Source: Camelus ferus (taxonomy: Eukaryota). Taken from it: DNA of 64,000 nt. Of this stretch, positions 12,558 through 24,906 are shown piece after piece; positions within the stretch are counted from its first letter, which is position 1, and the number at the start of each line of letters is the position of its first letter. The notes beneath the pieces were generated by a model. That model did not search any database. It had not been told where the DNA came from and worked only from the letters and a program-made list of their open reading frames with translations. The translations under genes and the position numbers were made by a program. The stretch lies in the NCBI RefSeq assembly GCF_009834535.1, contig NC_045697.1:67272001-67336000 (forward strand), in the 5' to 3' direction.

Positions 12558-13519
12558 TTCAAAACAGACACCCCTGGGAAATAGCAATTTCTATATATAT
12601 TGGTAAATTATGATGAATGGAGGTATACATTGAAGATGTGAATGTTTTAGAGGTGGATTGTATCAGTCTATTTCATAATCTAGAAAGAACAACAAGTTCA
12701 GGAAAATTAAGTTTTTGCAACAAACATTTAGACACTCAGCATGGCTAAAGATTTTTCTCAAGTTATTGTTGCAATACAATCAGTCTTGTTGACATATTAA
12801 TAATAAATAAATTATAAAGATGGCTTTTACTTATCACATAGAGATTGTTTCTATGGTATTTTTGGAATTTAAATGTCAACAGTTATGGTAGCTTTAAGCA
12901 GGCATGGGCTGCTGATGTTGGCACAGAAATACTGATAATTAAAGTCTCATCATAGTGTAAGGTTTACTGTTCCTATCTTCATTCAGGAAAAAAGTTAAAT
13001 GATTTCATTTTCACTGCAATTGTTTCTCTAGTTTTTATTGTTTTCCTAAAACAGCACAGTATATGATCTAAAAACACAAAATAAAGACAACAAAAAACCC
13101 TGTCTAACTGGCTGTTGCTGACATTTTGCTTTTTATCAGAAAGCAGACTCAATTAAGAACAACTCAAAGACACTTTTGGTAAGCACTCTATCCTTAAATA
13201 AAGACATCCCAATAAGTTAGCAATTTTATATTTCATAGTTGGTCCTGAGAGGAAAAACCCAGGCATATATTTGTTTTCATTACATAGTTATGAAAGAGTA
13301 TGATCTTAAGCTAACAGAGAGTGACAAACCATGTGGAGTTTGTTGTGTCTTTGAATGAGATTATTTATCACTGTGCATTCATATATGTGGTGAATCACTT
13401 TTAAAACAAGAAAACCCCATACAAAGACAAAGACATTGTTTTTTGAAGCTGTTAGCAGGTAAGTTGACAAGCTCAGCATGGAAACTTCTATCACTGGTCC
13501 CTTCCCACTCATTTTTTCC

Positions 13520-13880
13520 CTGATTTATTTCCTCCTTGACCACAACTTTAACTATCACTATACACTGACATTAATAAAATTCCAACTAAGATTTCAAATC
13601 ATGCTCTATTCTGAACCCCAGACTGCTAAATCCTATTACAGGCAAACCTTTTATTGCACTTCACATTATTGTACTTCACAGATATTGCATCTTTTCGCAA
13701 AATGGAGCATCTGGGGCCATCTCAGAGGAAGCCTACTGTATGTACCAACTAAACAATTCCTTCCAGTGTTTAATAGGCACTTGAAAGTCAACATGTCCAG
13801 AAATGACTTCATTGCTGTTGCTCTGAAAACTGCTTCTCCTTCGGTGATCTCTACTTTGAATATAGGTCATAGATCGTTAT
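13520..13880 (+). mobile_element. L2 remnant hosting the Tigger1 fragment
   Basis: aataggcacttgaaagtcaacatgtccagaaatgacttc is an L2 motif. Confidence 0.6.
13639..13706 (+). mobile_element. Tigger1 (TcMar) terminal fragment
   Basis: TA followed by caggcaaaccttttattgcacttcacattattgtacttcacagatattgc matches the Tigger1 5' end (CAGGCATACCTCGTTTTATTGCGCTTCGC...) with CpG decay. Confidence 0.8.
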
Positions 13881-15959
13881 CTACATAGTTTCTCCGTATG
13901 TGTGTATGCTTTTTTTGTATGCATATTCACTAAAGTTTCTTAAAAATTATAATTTTTTTTGTACGAAGGGCTGGTTAATTTAAGCTTATATTATTAGTTC
14001 AGAGATCCTGGAGCCAGATTGTGGGAAGGGAACATGGTCTGGTTGTGTGATTCCAGGAGACCTCATGTTTATTGAATTTTTGCCTGAAAGATCAAATATC
14101 TCTACTCTTTCTGTCTGGCCTGGCCTTTCTTTCCAGATGTGTGGCAGATGACATCTGGCCTCCTTATTGATGTTGCTTTCACTCTCATGTCAGGTGGAAG
14201 CCCACTGTCCTTCCATTAATGCCCTGCTGCCCTTCCACTTGATGAAGCTTATAGAACGTGTCTGTCCAGCACACTGCTGTGGAATTCCAGTGGGAAGAAT
14301 GAACCAGGAAGGGTAGATCCAATCTGTATTAGGACATTCTCTCAACTCCAGCTCCTGTATTTTCAAATTATAGGGATAAAAATTGCCTTTTCTTGCTTCC
14401 TTCAGTCCTCAAGCAAAGGAGTTATGAAATCTTTTGAACCCAATTGTTCTATAATATCATAGTTATTTCTCATTAATTTTTTTGAAATATGGGTGATATT
14501 TTCAGGTGCTGATTTCTATTTTTATATTACATCGAAAATTTCCTTTCAGATCTAGAATTGGTTAGAAGTGAGGTAAATTAGAAATCTGGGTTCACCTGGC
14601 TATTTTATGGTTTTTTAAAATTACTTTTTCTCTTGCCAACAAAAGTGATTATATAATCTGTTCTATTACAGGTTTAATAACATCTTGAAAATTTTTCCTG
14701 TTAAAAACAATTATCTCTAAGTTCCTCCTCCTCCAACTGTGTATTTGTTCTTTCTAAAGAACTGCAGTAGATTAGTGAGAACTAATGTTGCTTTGGTATT
14801 AGTAGACTGCATTTCTGAAAATAGCACTATGCCTGTAACTTCTTTGCCATGAGGGTAAAGTTAATTTAATTGTGTGTGATCTGTTGCTTTTTCTAAAAAC
14901 TTTCTGAGAGTTGGGGCACATCTTGGCCAGGGCTGGTTCTCTGAAAGTTGCTACTCGTATGATCAAGATCATGTACATTAATCATGATACATATATTTAT
15001 GTTTATATAAATATAAATACATGTTTGGGGGGAGGATTTTTTCAAAACTTTAGAGATGTGGTTTTGGTCCTTCACTTATAGCTAATTCATCAACTAATGT
15101 GAAGTAACCAGTGCATCTATCTATTCTCCTTTGCTTCTTACTTGTCTGCCAAAAGATTGAGATGGGAATGCTCTGTAAATTTTTTCAATAAGTACCAAAA
15201 CAAAGTTCATAAAGTCTTTGCTATTTTCTTGTCCTTGAGCATAAATTTGGTACCATAAAGACAAAATGGTCCCAAGGATTCTAGCTTTTAGTTTATTTAG
15301 AGAATATTTTTCTCACACACTTTATCCCACATGTTAAATAGCAGACAGGGGTACATAAATGCTCACACACATCTTGCTATTCTTTACTATTTGCAGAAGT
15401 TTCTTTTAATAGCCAGAGCCACTGGCTATTTCATTCTTCCCTTATTAAATGCTTAACTTATTTTGGTAATCTCTTTTCTGAAATTGGGTAAACATGTCAT
15501 GGATATCAATTACATCAAGATCTTCACTTGCTGCAAACTATTTCAAACATTGATTTTGCTTTTATGCCTCTAGTATATGTCTAGAAGTATTTGTCTACAT
15601 TTTCTGGCTTGGCATTTCTGCCACTTCCTATTCTTGTCAGTTGTCTAGGCCACTTAGTGGATTACTTTGCTGTCCCCATTTTTCTTAAGTACATCATCAA
15701 CTTACAATAGACAACCTTTGCAAGGCTAGTGTTCTGTATCCATCCTTTACCACATTATTATATAAAATTCACAAATTATTTTTGCTAACAATTTATATTT
15801 TAGTGACTACAGGTTGGTTACATTTCTTTTCATTTTCTCTCTTTTCCTTCAGTGAGTACCTGTGTTTATTAAAAGGACATTTCTGTGGCTTAGGTCAAAC
15901 TTCAAGTGGGTTCTCAAAACTTTCAGGTAATATCTACCATATTTCTCAGTCAATTCACT

Positions 15960-16290
15960 CTCACAGTCCTAAAGTGGACTCAGCCGATGATTTTGCTTTT
16001 TATTTCACTGAGAATATGCAATCAGTGAGAAGAAACCTTTATCCTCCTGAAACCAAATTTACCACATACATACTTATGTGTCTGTATAATCTATCTTTCC
16101 TCCTTCTACAAAGCATCCAATAGTCCTGCTCTTGTTGAGGACTCTATATTTACATATTTGACCTCATTCAGTTTCTTCTTCTCAAGGACTTTTGCTCCTG
16201 CAAATATATTACCTCTTTTCAGCATCATCAACATTTTCCTACTACAGGTTTATTCTCATTAGCCTGCACACACAGTATAATATTTTCCAT
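15960..16290 (+). mobile_element. L2 remnant
   Basis: ctcagccgatgattttgctttttatttcactgagaa motif typical of L2 ORF2. Confidence 0.65.
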
Positions 16291-16899
16291 CTAAAACAAG
16301 CAACATACACACAATTGATAGAGGGATGATCACTGTCATTTTTTCAATTGTTCAAAATTTACTTCAGTTAGCCATATTAAAATTAAACATATTACCAACA
16401 CATATGCATTAAAAATGTAATGGCATCTCATGGCCCCAACTTCTTTCTATGTACTGTATATTTTAAACATAGATCCTACTCTGTTATAAGGTAAATACCA
16501 GGTTGACCAAGAACACATTTATATTAATTATTAGATTATTATCAAAAGGAAAATATATTTAAAATAGAGACAATTTCTTAAATCCTAAATCTACGATTAG
16601 AATTTGAGAAACATTTCAAAAGAGAGTGGAAAATTAACTACAAAGTTTGAGTCAGCAATAATCTGGATTTATTTGCCCTGAGTGCCCTTGAGTATATCTT
16701 TCTCATGGATTTAGAGAAAGAGGACTGCTTATTGATTTGCATATTCAGGATCTAGCCAAATATTCTTCTATATTTTCATTATCAATGTTCACTGTTAAAA
16801 TGACCCTCTTATACATCTTTAGGTCATGATTGTCACTAACAAATATAATCACTCAAACAGAATCAGATTTTATGATCACTCAACTAAGTATAGCAATTA

Positions 16900-17370
16900 G
16901 TTTGGTATAATAGATAAAGCAGAAAAAGCAAAGTACAACACTCAGGAGACTGAGTGCATCCAGGCTTTGTGTCCTTTGCAAAATCGTTTTCGCCCTTTGC
17001 ATAACTGTGTTCCTCCTGTACAGGTTGACGGTATTGGATTAGATGATCCATATGCTCTCTTTTGCTCTGAAACTCAAGGAAAAACTTTTTTTGGCCAATA
17101 ATAACTAAAACTAACCTTTTTTGAGCTCCTCCTAGTTACATTTCAAAGCACCATTGTGAGTGTTTAATATGGGCTATGTAGTTTAATCTTGACAACAACT
17201 GAATTTGAATTTTGGTATAATTAATATCACAGATAAAGACACTGACAATTAAGAAGCTAAGTAAAATGCCCAAAGGCTCTTGGTTGTTAAGTGGTGGAAC
17301 TGAGACTCAAGCCGTGGCCATCTGACACAGAAGCTGAGATCTCTTAACCATCTCACAAGACTACCTTTCC
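16900..17370. mobile_element. Two MIR remnants in opposite orientation
   Basis: ttggattagatgatc tail; antisense core acagataaagacactga...taaaatgcccaaagg...aagtggtggaactgagactcaagcc. Confidence 0.65.
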
Positions 17371-18599
17371 CAAAGAATGGGCAGAATTGTAGAGTGAACT
17401 ATAATATAAGTAGAATAAAATGTTGTTTAATGAATACTTGTAGTAGGGTTAAATTTTCACATTTTATAAACCTGATAATTTCCTTACTCTAACTCCTAAA
17501 AGGCAAGCATTGCTTCAGAGCAATGATTACATAGAATATAAATAACAATGTGCCAGATTTTTGGCTTTCGAATATCTAAATTGACTTTTTAAAATCTAAT
17601 GAGGTAATTAGGTTTTTGAGCCAGATATGTGTAATACATAAGAGCCAGAGTTTTAAAATTTTAAATGATTAGGCTCCTAAGTGTATTGAAATGAAGTTTG
17701 TGTTTTTATCACTAGATTTAAAAGGGCAGTCATGGAGAACAAGTCTACACCTTACTCAGAAATTAGGAGGTAGAATAGCCTAGAGATGGAAGAAGAGTCA
17801 GAAAGGAAGCAAGGCAATTAGACCTGAGGGAAAGGGATCTATGACCTATTCTCCTGGGTCTGAAAATCTTGGTGAAGGGATCAAGTAATAGAAGTCCCAG
17901 ATTACTCTGTTAGGGAATTGGAGAGTGGAGATGTGGTTCGAGTTTTTTGGCTGGAACTCTGGGCATGTCAGCCTCTTAGAAGATCCTCATGGAATGGGGA
18001 TATCTATGAAATGGATATCCAGAGTGAGTATGCCTTCATAGAAGACCCAGAGGGTTGGAGGCAAACTCAACAAATTTCTGAACATGTATCAACAAGGAAG
18101 AACACTGCATTTTTCCTCTGCTGTCACAGAGTGTATGGAAGTTAAGAGGGACTTTAATTCTGGAGTAGACTTGAGTTAAGGATAGGGAGAATGCAAAGTA
18201 AAATGGCGTCAAATAGAGGAACCAGGAAAGATGGGTGGTGATAATCAGATGTCAGAAGAAACAGAGAAGTATTAGTCACTATGGAGGAGGTTATTGGATA
18301 ATAAGTAACTGACTTCCTAATTACCATGTAAGTACCATACAAAATTAAATGTGTCTTAGTAGAGAAAAGAGGAAGGGGTGTCAGATCTTGACATGACTGC
18401 AACAATCCTGAACTGACTGAAAACATTTTGGTGACTGAATTAAAAACCTATTATGTTTGAGAAAATGACAGAAAAACCGGAGTTGACCAAGTTAAGTTTC
18501 TATCGTCATGCAGAAGAAGGGCTTGAAATATAAACCTAGTTCAGTTTGGAAAATATAATACAGTTAAATGTTTCCTTCATTTTCAGATAAGTAGACTAA

Positions 18600-19950
18600 C
18601 AATGTCATAGTAAAGAAGATGGCTATATTGAGGAAATAGGGAGAACTTCTCAGAGGATTTGGGTTCTTAGTTGAGCCTTGAAATATAAGTAGCATAATTA
18701 TGCAAAAAATATGGCAGAGAGGCAGGGGTGGAAACTGTACACCAGCTGCAGACAATATGAACAAAAAAGGAACATAGTTGTGAAAATTGTTAATGTATTC
18801 AGGGACCAGTGTGATTTGAGCATAGGCATTTTGGAGGGCAAGTTGGATGTATAACAAGAAGAGTGGATTAGTGGTCTGCTCGTAAATGGAAAAGAACACC
18901 ATTCTTAAGAGTTTGGATATTTTAATACCTGCAGACAATGAGAGGTTGTTGAAAGCTTTTGAGCCAGGAAGAGATATAAATTGCTTACATTTTTATAAGT
19001 TAATCTTCTAAGCCCCATGCCAGTTTATGCAACTTCCTACTTGACATTCCCATTTGGATGTCTCACAGATAGATAAAGGATAAATTCTTGACTTCTTCCC
19101 ATATCTTCTCTTCCAGACTTCTCTATTCCAGGAAATGGTTCTTCCTTTCCTCTATGTGTTCATGCCACAATGTCCTTGTTCCAACTACCCCTCCATATTT
19201 AATCTTTTTTTCTACTTTATCAGTACTGCTAGCAGAACAGATTTCAAATATGCACACTTCTCTTCATTTCCCCTGCCTTCACTTCTAACCCAAATCACCA
19301 ACTTCCCTCATTCAACTCCTGGATCCTTGCAATTGACTCGGATCCACTCTTCTCCATCTTCTACTCTTGCCTGTTTAAATCCATTCTTCTTATTACAAGA
19401 GTATTTCTGAAAACAAAGTAAGCTCATGCATGCTCTGTATAAATTCCTTCAATCTCTCATTACCCTTAGGAAAAAAATCTCAAATCAACATTACCAACAG
19501 ATTCTGTTATATGCCCCTTGTGTATCTTTCCAGTGGCATCTCTTGACTCTCCTTACTTTACTCTTCAATCATACTGACTTCCTTCCAGTATCTGAAATGA
19601 ATTAAGCTCTTCCTGGTTGATGGTATTTTCACATGTTCCTCTCCTTCAACTCTCTTTCTGGTAACTCTGAACAACTTTTGGTTTCAATTAATATTATTTC
19701 TGGAGAATTCTGAATCTCAATCCAAATCAAGACTTTGTTCTAACTTTCATCGTATCATTTCCTTTTTTATACCATAGCTTGTACTTACATATTAACGTAT
19801 TTGCTTCTTTGTTTAATGTTTGGCTCTCCTGGTAGACTACAAGCTCCATTACCATATCTATTTTGTTTGTTGATCAATCACTAGCTGCTAGCCCAATGAC
19901 TGGCACACAGTAGATTTTTCTTAAAAACTTGATAACTAAGTGAATAAGAG
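18600..19950. mobile_element. L2 remnants (minus ~18600-18990; plus ~19030-19950 with 3' end)
   Basis: gagccttgaa...ttgaaagcttttgagc; tagactacaagctcc...tggcacacagtag L2 tail. Confidence 0.65.
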
Positions 19951-20129
19951 AATGAGAGTCAATGATGTGAAAGCCAGGTATCAAGTCTGAAGGAAGAAAA
20001 TGTTTAAAAAAACTTGGCAATAAAAAAAGTGAAAGCTGGAATTTCGTGCAGTTGTACGTTATAGAAAAACAAAAGATAAAAATTTATCACTGGCTTATCA
20101 TTAGGTAGGTAATCCTACATGAGTACAGC

Positions 20130-20400
20130 AGCTCCACACTCATCAGATTCCTTGTTGCCTTAAATTTTACTGCCCTGCTTTCCCATGAATGGCACTATCT
20201 GAACCAAGATGGTGACACAAATTCTATCAACAGATCTATATTCCAGGCAGTAGAGAAATGGAGTGGGAGGCAAAGGGTACGCACCCTCTCTTTAAGGAGT
20301 TTTTCCAGAACTTCCACAAAACACTTCTCTTTACATCTTGGACAAATATTAAATGGTCATTGCTAGTTACAAGGGGTCTAGGAGTTTGGTTTCCCAGCAA
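20130..20400 (-). mobile_element. MaLR LTR (old MLT1-type)
   Basis: ccaagatgg...ttccaggcag...ctctctttaagga...acttctctttacatct...ctagttacaagggg antisense MLT1 pattern. Confidence 0.6.
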
Positions 20401-21724
20401 CAATTGGGGTTCTCCTACCAAGAAAGAAAGAGAGAATGAGAGTGAATGTGGATTTCGATAATTAATGGTCTCTGCCATACAGTAGTTACAATGAAAACAG
20501 AGGGAGTAAAACAAATATCAGCCACCTTTTAGGAGTTGTGAGCACTCAGTGACTAGACGAGCTCTGCTATAGCTCATTTTATAAATGAAAAAAAAAAAAT
20601 GAAATCTGTATCTACACACTTCCCTACTTCCCATCACCCTGATAATATAAGGCTCATTCTGGTCAACAAATGGTTTCATTTACGCTGACACTTCCAATAA
20701 ATTTCATTTGAACCAAAACTTAATGAGGAATTCACAAAACATCCTCAAAATGCTTAAGCAGTTTGCACAGTGTAAATATTTAAGACAAATATATCCAAAT
20801 ATATAAACACCGACTGTCTCAACCTTCTCATAGATAAATCCAAACATATCAATGGGGGCAGTGAAAAGTCAGCTATCTTTGTTCAGATGTTGTTTAGCAT
20901 ATCCCAGATGCACTGGAAAACATTTTGGAGGTGTTCTTTCCTTTTTGTTAATTCTTTTTACCATTGTATAATGTTTCAAAATTTGGAGATATAATCCTGC
21001 TAATAGAATGTGTGTCTAATTAAAATCTCATCCATATAAATGTGTTTTGCTTACAGAACAAATTTTTAAAGTAAGATGAAAGACTGAAATATCATCTATT
21101 ATTTTTATGTTTTATTATATCTTATTTCAATGAAATGGCATTTTGTGCTTACAAAATATCTGTACAATGTGTAGAGGTTCATCTTCTGAGCATGTCTTTT
21201 GTTTTTCCTCTTGGCCAACTTTGGAACTTTCTGTTTAGTAATATTTTTTCATCTCAAACGGAGGCTTATGTCAAAATTCTATCACATTAAAGTACAGCAA
21301 TGTACTGACATAATACTCATTCACAGGCATAACACTATGACAACATTAACAAGAAACCAAATAATGATCAATTATGGAGTGCAGGTAGTGACCTTGGTAC
21401 CTGATACACATTATCTAATTTAAAAGGCTCAGTAATAATTTTCACATTTCATTGATGAGGAAACTAAGCTAAAAGATATTAAGCATTATATTGAAGAGTA
21501 TAAAGATCACAGAATCAAGCCAAGTCTGGGTGACTCAGGTCCTATGGTACTCTGCTCTAGATTGTGTGCATTTCTGTCTGCCCTTCACTTAATTTTGATC
21601 AACATTTGTCTGAACGGACATTAAATTCATTAAAAAACCCAGAAGATATATAAGGACATCTGGCTAATTTTTTTTCTTGCTTTTATGGGAGGTACGGGTT
21701 CACACTTTACCAAAAATTTTATAT

Positions 21725-21870
21725 TTGGAGGTCCATTGACCCCAGTGGGTTCCAGAATATGTTTCAAAGTGCCTATGAACTTTCAGAAGCATACATTTAT
21801 TTAGGGAGAGTGTTTAAGGCCTTCATCAGATTCTTACAAGGATCTGTGATTTCTAAACACCTAAAACTCT
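21725..21870. mobile_element. hAT-Charlie MITE remnant (MER103-like)
   Basis: ccttcatcagattcttacaaggatctgtga resembles the ...catcagattctcaaaggggtccgtgac... motif. Confidence 0.5.
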
Positions 21871-23324
21871 AGAAAAATTAATAAATATTCATGAATGATG
21901 AACATGACAAACCAATAAGAAATGTGTTCATATATTCCTCTGAAAAATAGCACTGCTCTTTTTAAGAAACTTGAGTGGATGAGTGAGTGAAACTTGTCAA
22001 ACTATATCCACTACTTTAGATTACTATGGGAGAAAGGTCAAGTCAATATACACTAGAAGCTTGTTGCTTCATTGGGAGATACTGGATTGTGTGGTAAGAA
22101 CACAGGAATAGAGGTATGAGGACTGAATTCTACTCGGACTCAGATCCTTTCCTCTCTGACTCTGGGGTAAGTTTCTTAATAATTCTTTCCTCAGTCAGAA
22201 AAAAATTTGGATGATGGTATAAGCCCTGTCTAGCTAATACGGGAAAATTAGACAACATATATAACAAACAAACGTGTTTATTAACAGTAAGTTGAATTTC
22301 TGAACTTCTCTATTTCATTCCAGGTTTTACAATGATGAAGTAGGCAAGTCATTTTACTGATCTGGTACTCTAAGTCCTCTTAGGAAAATAATAACACTCT
22401 CCCCTGTTCTCCCTCCCAGAAGTGGTATCTGAATAATAATGACAACAAAGTGATATTTAAAGGTTATTCCTTCAGTGAAGCTGCCTACCTGAACCAGCAT
22501 CAAGTTCATTAATTCAACAATGAACTAGCTGTTTAAACTAGATGCTTTTGAACTAGATGCTTAAGCTAGAACTGGAATTAGAATAATCAACTAGATGCAT
22601 TAATTGAGTAGTTTTAATTCAATAGTTAAATAAATTAAATCATCTATTCAATAATTTTGCATAGTTCAATAATTCCTTCTTCCCTGACCATGATCCATTC
22701 TTTGCCACCTGAAGTTATTTAAGCTATCCATTCATTCCTTTGCTTGTAGTTTCTCTGCCCCATTACGATGGAAAATCTATGAAGTCTAGGGCTTTGTTTT
22801 GGTGTCAGCAGTGTCTACAATAGTACCTGAAATGTGGTAAGTACTAATAAATATTGTTGTATGACCGTTGGATAATTTACATGAACAAAATGCTTTGATA
22901 TGTTGGAGGCAAAAGATATTATCATTTACATGCAAAATTTTATTACACTACATGACACTTTCCTTATTTCTCTATTATTTCATTATTTTTCTCCTGTGAT
23001 CCTTTCCTTTCCTCCCAACTGTTGCTGAGTGCTCCCTTAATTTCTTATTACTTCCACTACAAATCACCTCTTTCATCTCTGTTGGGCACCGTCATGCCCC
23101 TGTGGCAAATACGACGCAGGAGCCAGAACTGCATGGTGACGATGGCTCAAGCTCTGTTGTCAGTCATGTGTGAGCTCCTGACTCAGATACTAACTAGCTG
23201 TATGTCCTGGGAAAACCAGATTAAGCTTTTAAAAACTAAGTCATTTCTAATCTGTAAAATTTATTTTTCAATTTTGAAAAGAGCAAGAGAAAGAAAATAG
23301 GAAAAAGGGGATCCCAAAACTTAC

Positions 23325-23388
23325 CTTGGTCAGAGAGTGGAGTTTAGAAAAATCTTAAAAAGGAGTGTTCATAGAATAACCTTGAAGA
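23325..23388 (-). other. Candidate non-coding exon, 64 nt
   Basis: Acceptor ctcactctttttgctaatag| and consensus donor CAAG|gtaagt; stops in all three frames. Confidence 0.4.
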
Positions 23389-24559
23389 CTATTAGCAAAA
23401 AGAGTGAGTTTTAAAGTCGTGACATGGATTTCAGTCAGGTTTAAGATTCAGCAGCAGCCTTTGTAAGTGAAAAAAGCTGTTACACCCATTAGGAACTACA
23501 TTAATAAGCCCTTCTGTGGTTGTTCTTACTATTTGGACTTTAATAAATGTCCTAAATATGTGTGTTTTTCAGGGAACATTTGACTACACTCTGAAGCACA
23601 TCGGGAGCTCCTATGTGGGCAGAGACACAGATTGTTGGGGCCATATGAGCCTGTGGACTTTAAGTATAGCAGCATACTAAGAAACCTTCTCAGAGTAGTT
23701 CTTCCATCCAAAAACTCCTACTTGGTGCATATTCCTCCTGTAAACCACAGCACATAAGTCATTTCATGCTGAGAGCTCCAAACTTTCTGAATAGGAAGGT
23801 GAAGTATGAAGATATGTGGGCTAATTCTGGGAGAAAATCAAGTTATTACAGATGCTATTCTAGTAAACAATTTTGATGGGGACAGAAAGTCCTAAAGTCA
23901 GTTGTGTGCCAAGGTGGAGTCAATTTCTCACTTTTGAATACTAATTAAACATATTTTATTGAAGTCTCTTGGGATGATGGGTCCTAAAAAGGTGGAGGCG
24001 TGTAGAGTGGTAGTATTAAAAAGGGTTAGGAAAATTTTACCAGTATTGGTTCAGCCTGTGAAAGTGATTTTCCCACACGAGTTGTGATGTGACGTCCATT
24101 TTCCCATGACTCCACAGATTTTAGCAGGACTGACAACAAAAGAGAATGGCCTTTCTTTTTTAATTTTTGACCTGTTTTGCTATCATGATGTTTACACTTG
24201 GGCCTTGATTCGGTTGGTCTTAATGGAAAAACAATTTAAGAAGCTATGAATTTAAACTGTTTGCTTATTAAGGCAAAAGGGATGCTAAATTTATATGCAT
24301 ACATATTTATACCTGTATAGGTAATTTGTCTCAAATGTCTCAAAATGATAGTGAAATTGTAATTTGTTTGGATTGCCAAAATTTAAAGTGTATGCCGTTT
24401 TTGCCATAGAGTGGTGGAAAAAGACTGCAAGGTCTGTTGAAACATGGGGGTGTATCAGTTAATATGGATGCATTGTCCATTTCTTCTAAGCTCTCACCAT
24501 TTATATACATTAATAGTGTATACAAATACCTGTGATTCTTGTCTCTCTCTCTGTTTTTT

Positions 24560-24906
24560 GTGGGACAAGCTCAGATTGCCTAGTTGTCAACAATTCTAGG
24601 AGTAGACATTAACCAATGGTGGACAAGGGTGAGTGGATAAATACCCCAGCACTCTTTCCCCTTGGGTGGGATAACTATGAAGTTTACTTTATCAGGTCTC
24701 CCAGAAATCCCCAACAGGACGGAGCCCTAGCTCTGCAGCACACCGTGATAATCTACTCATTGACACACTCTGTGCAAACTTCTTTTCTTTCCTGTCTCAC
24801 TCCCTTATCCCAGTACTTATGCTTCCTGGGATCACTTCCCAAATAAATGATTTCATTCAAATCATTATCTTCAGCTCTCCTCCTAGAGGGATCCTAACCC
24901 AAGACA
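24560..24906 (+). mobile_element. ERVL LTR16-like solo LTR
   Basis: gagtggataaataccccagc, gcttcctgggatcacttcccaaataaa, terminus aacccaagaca. Confidence 0.8.

Noticed and set aside
21153..21280. Additional minus-strand exon
   Set aside because: Weak donor (TTT|gtaagc) and poor acceptor.
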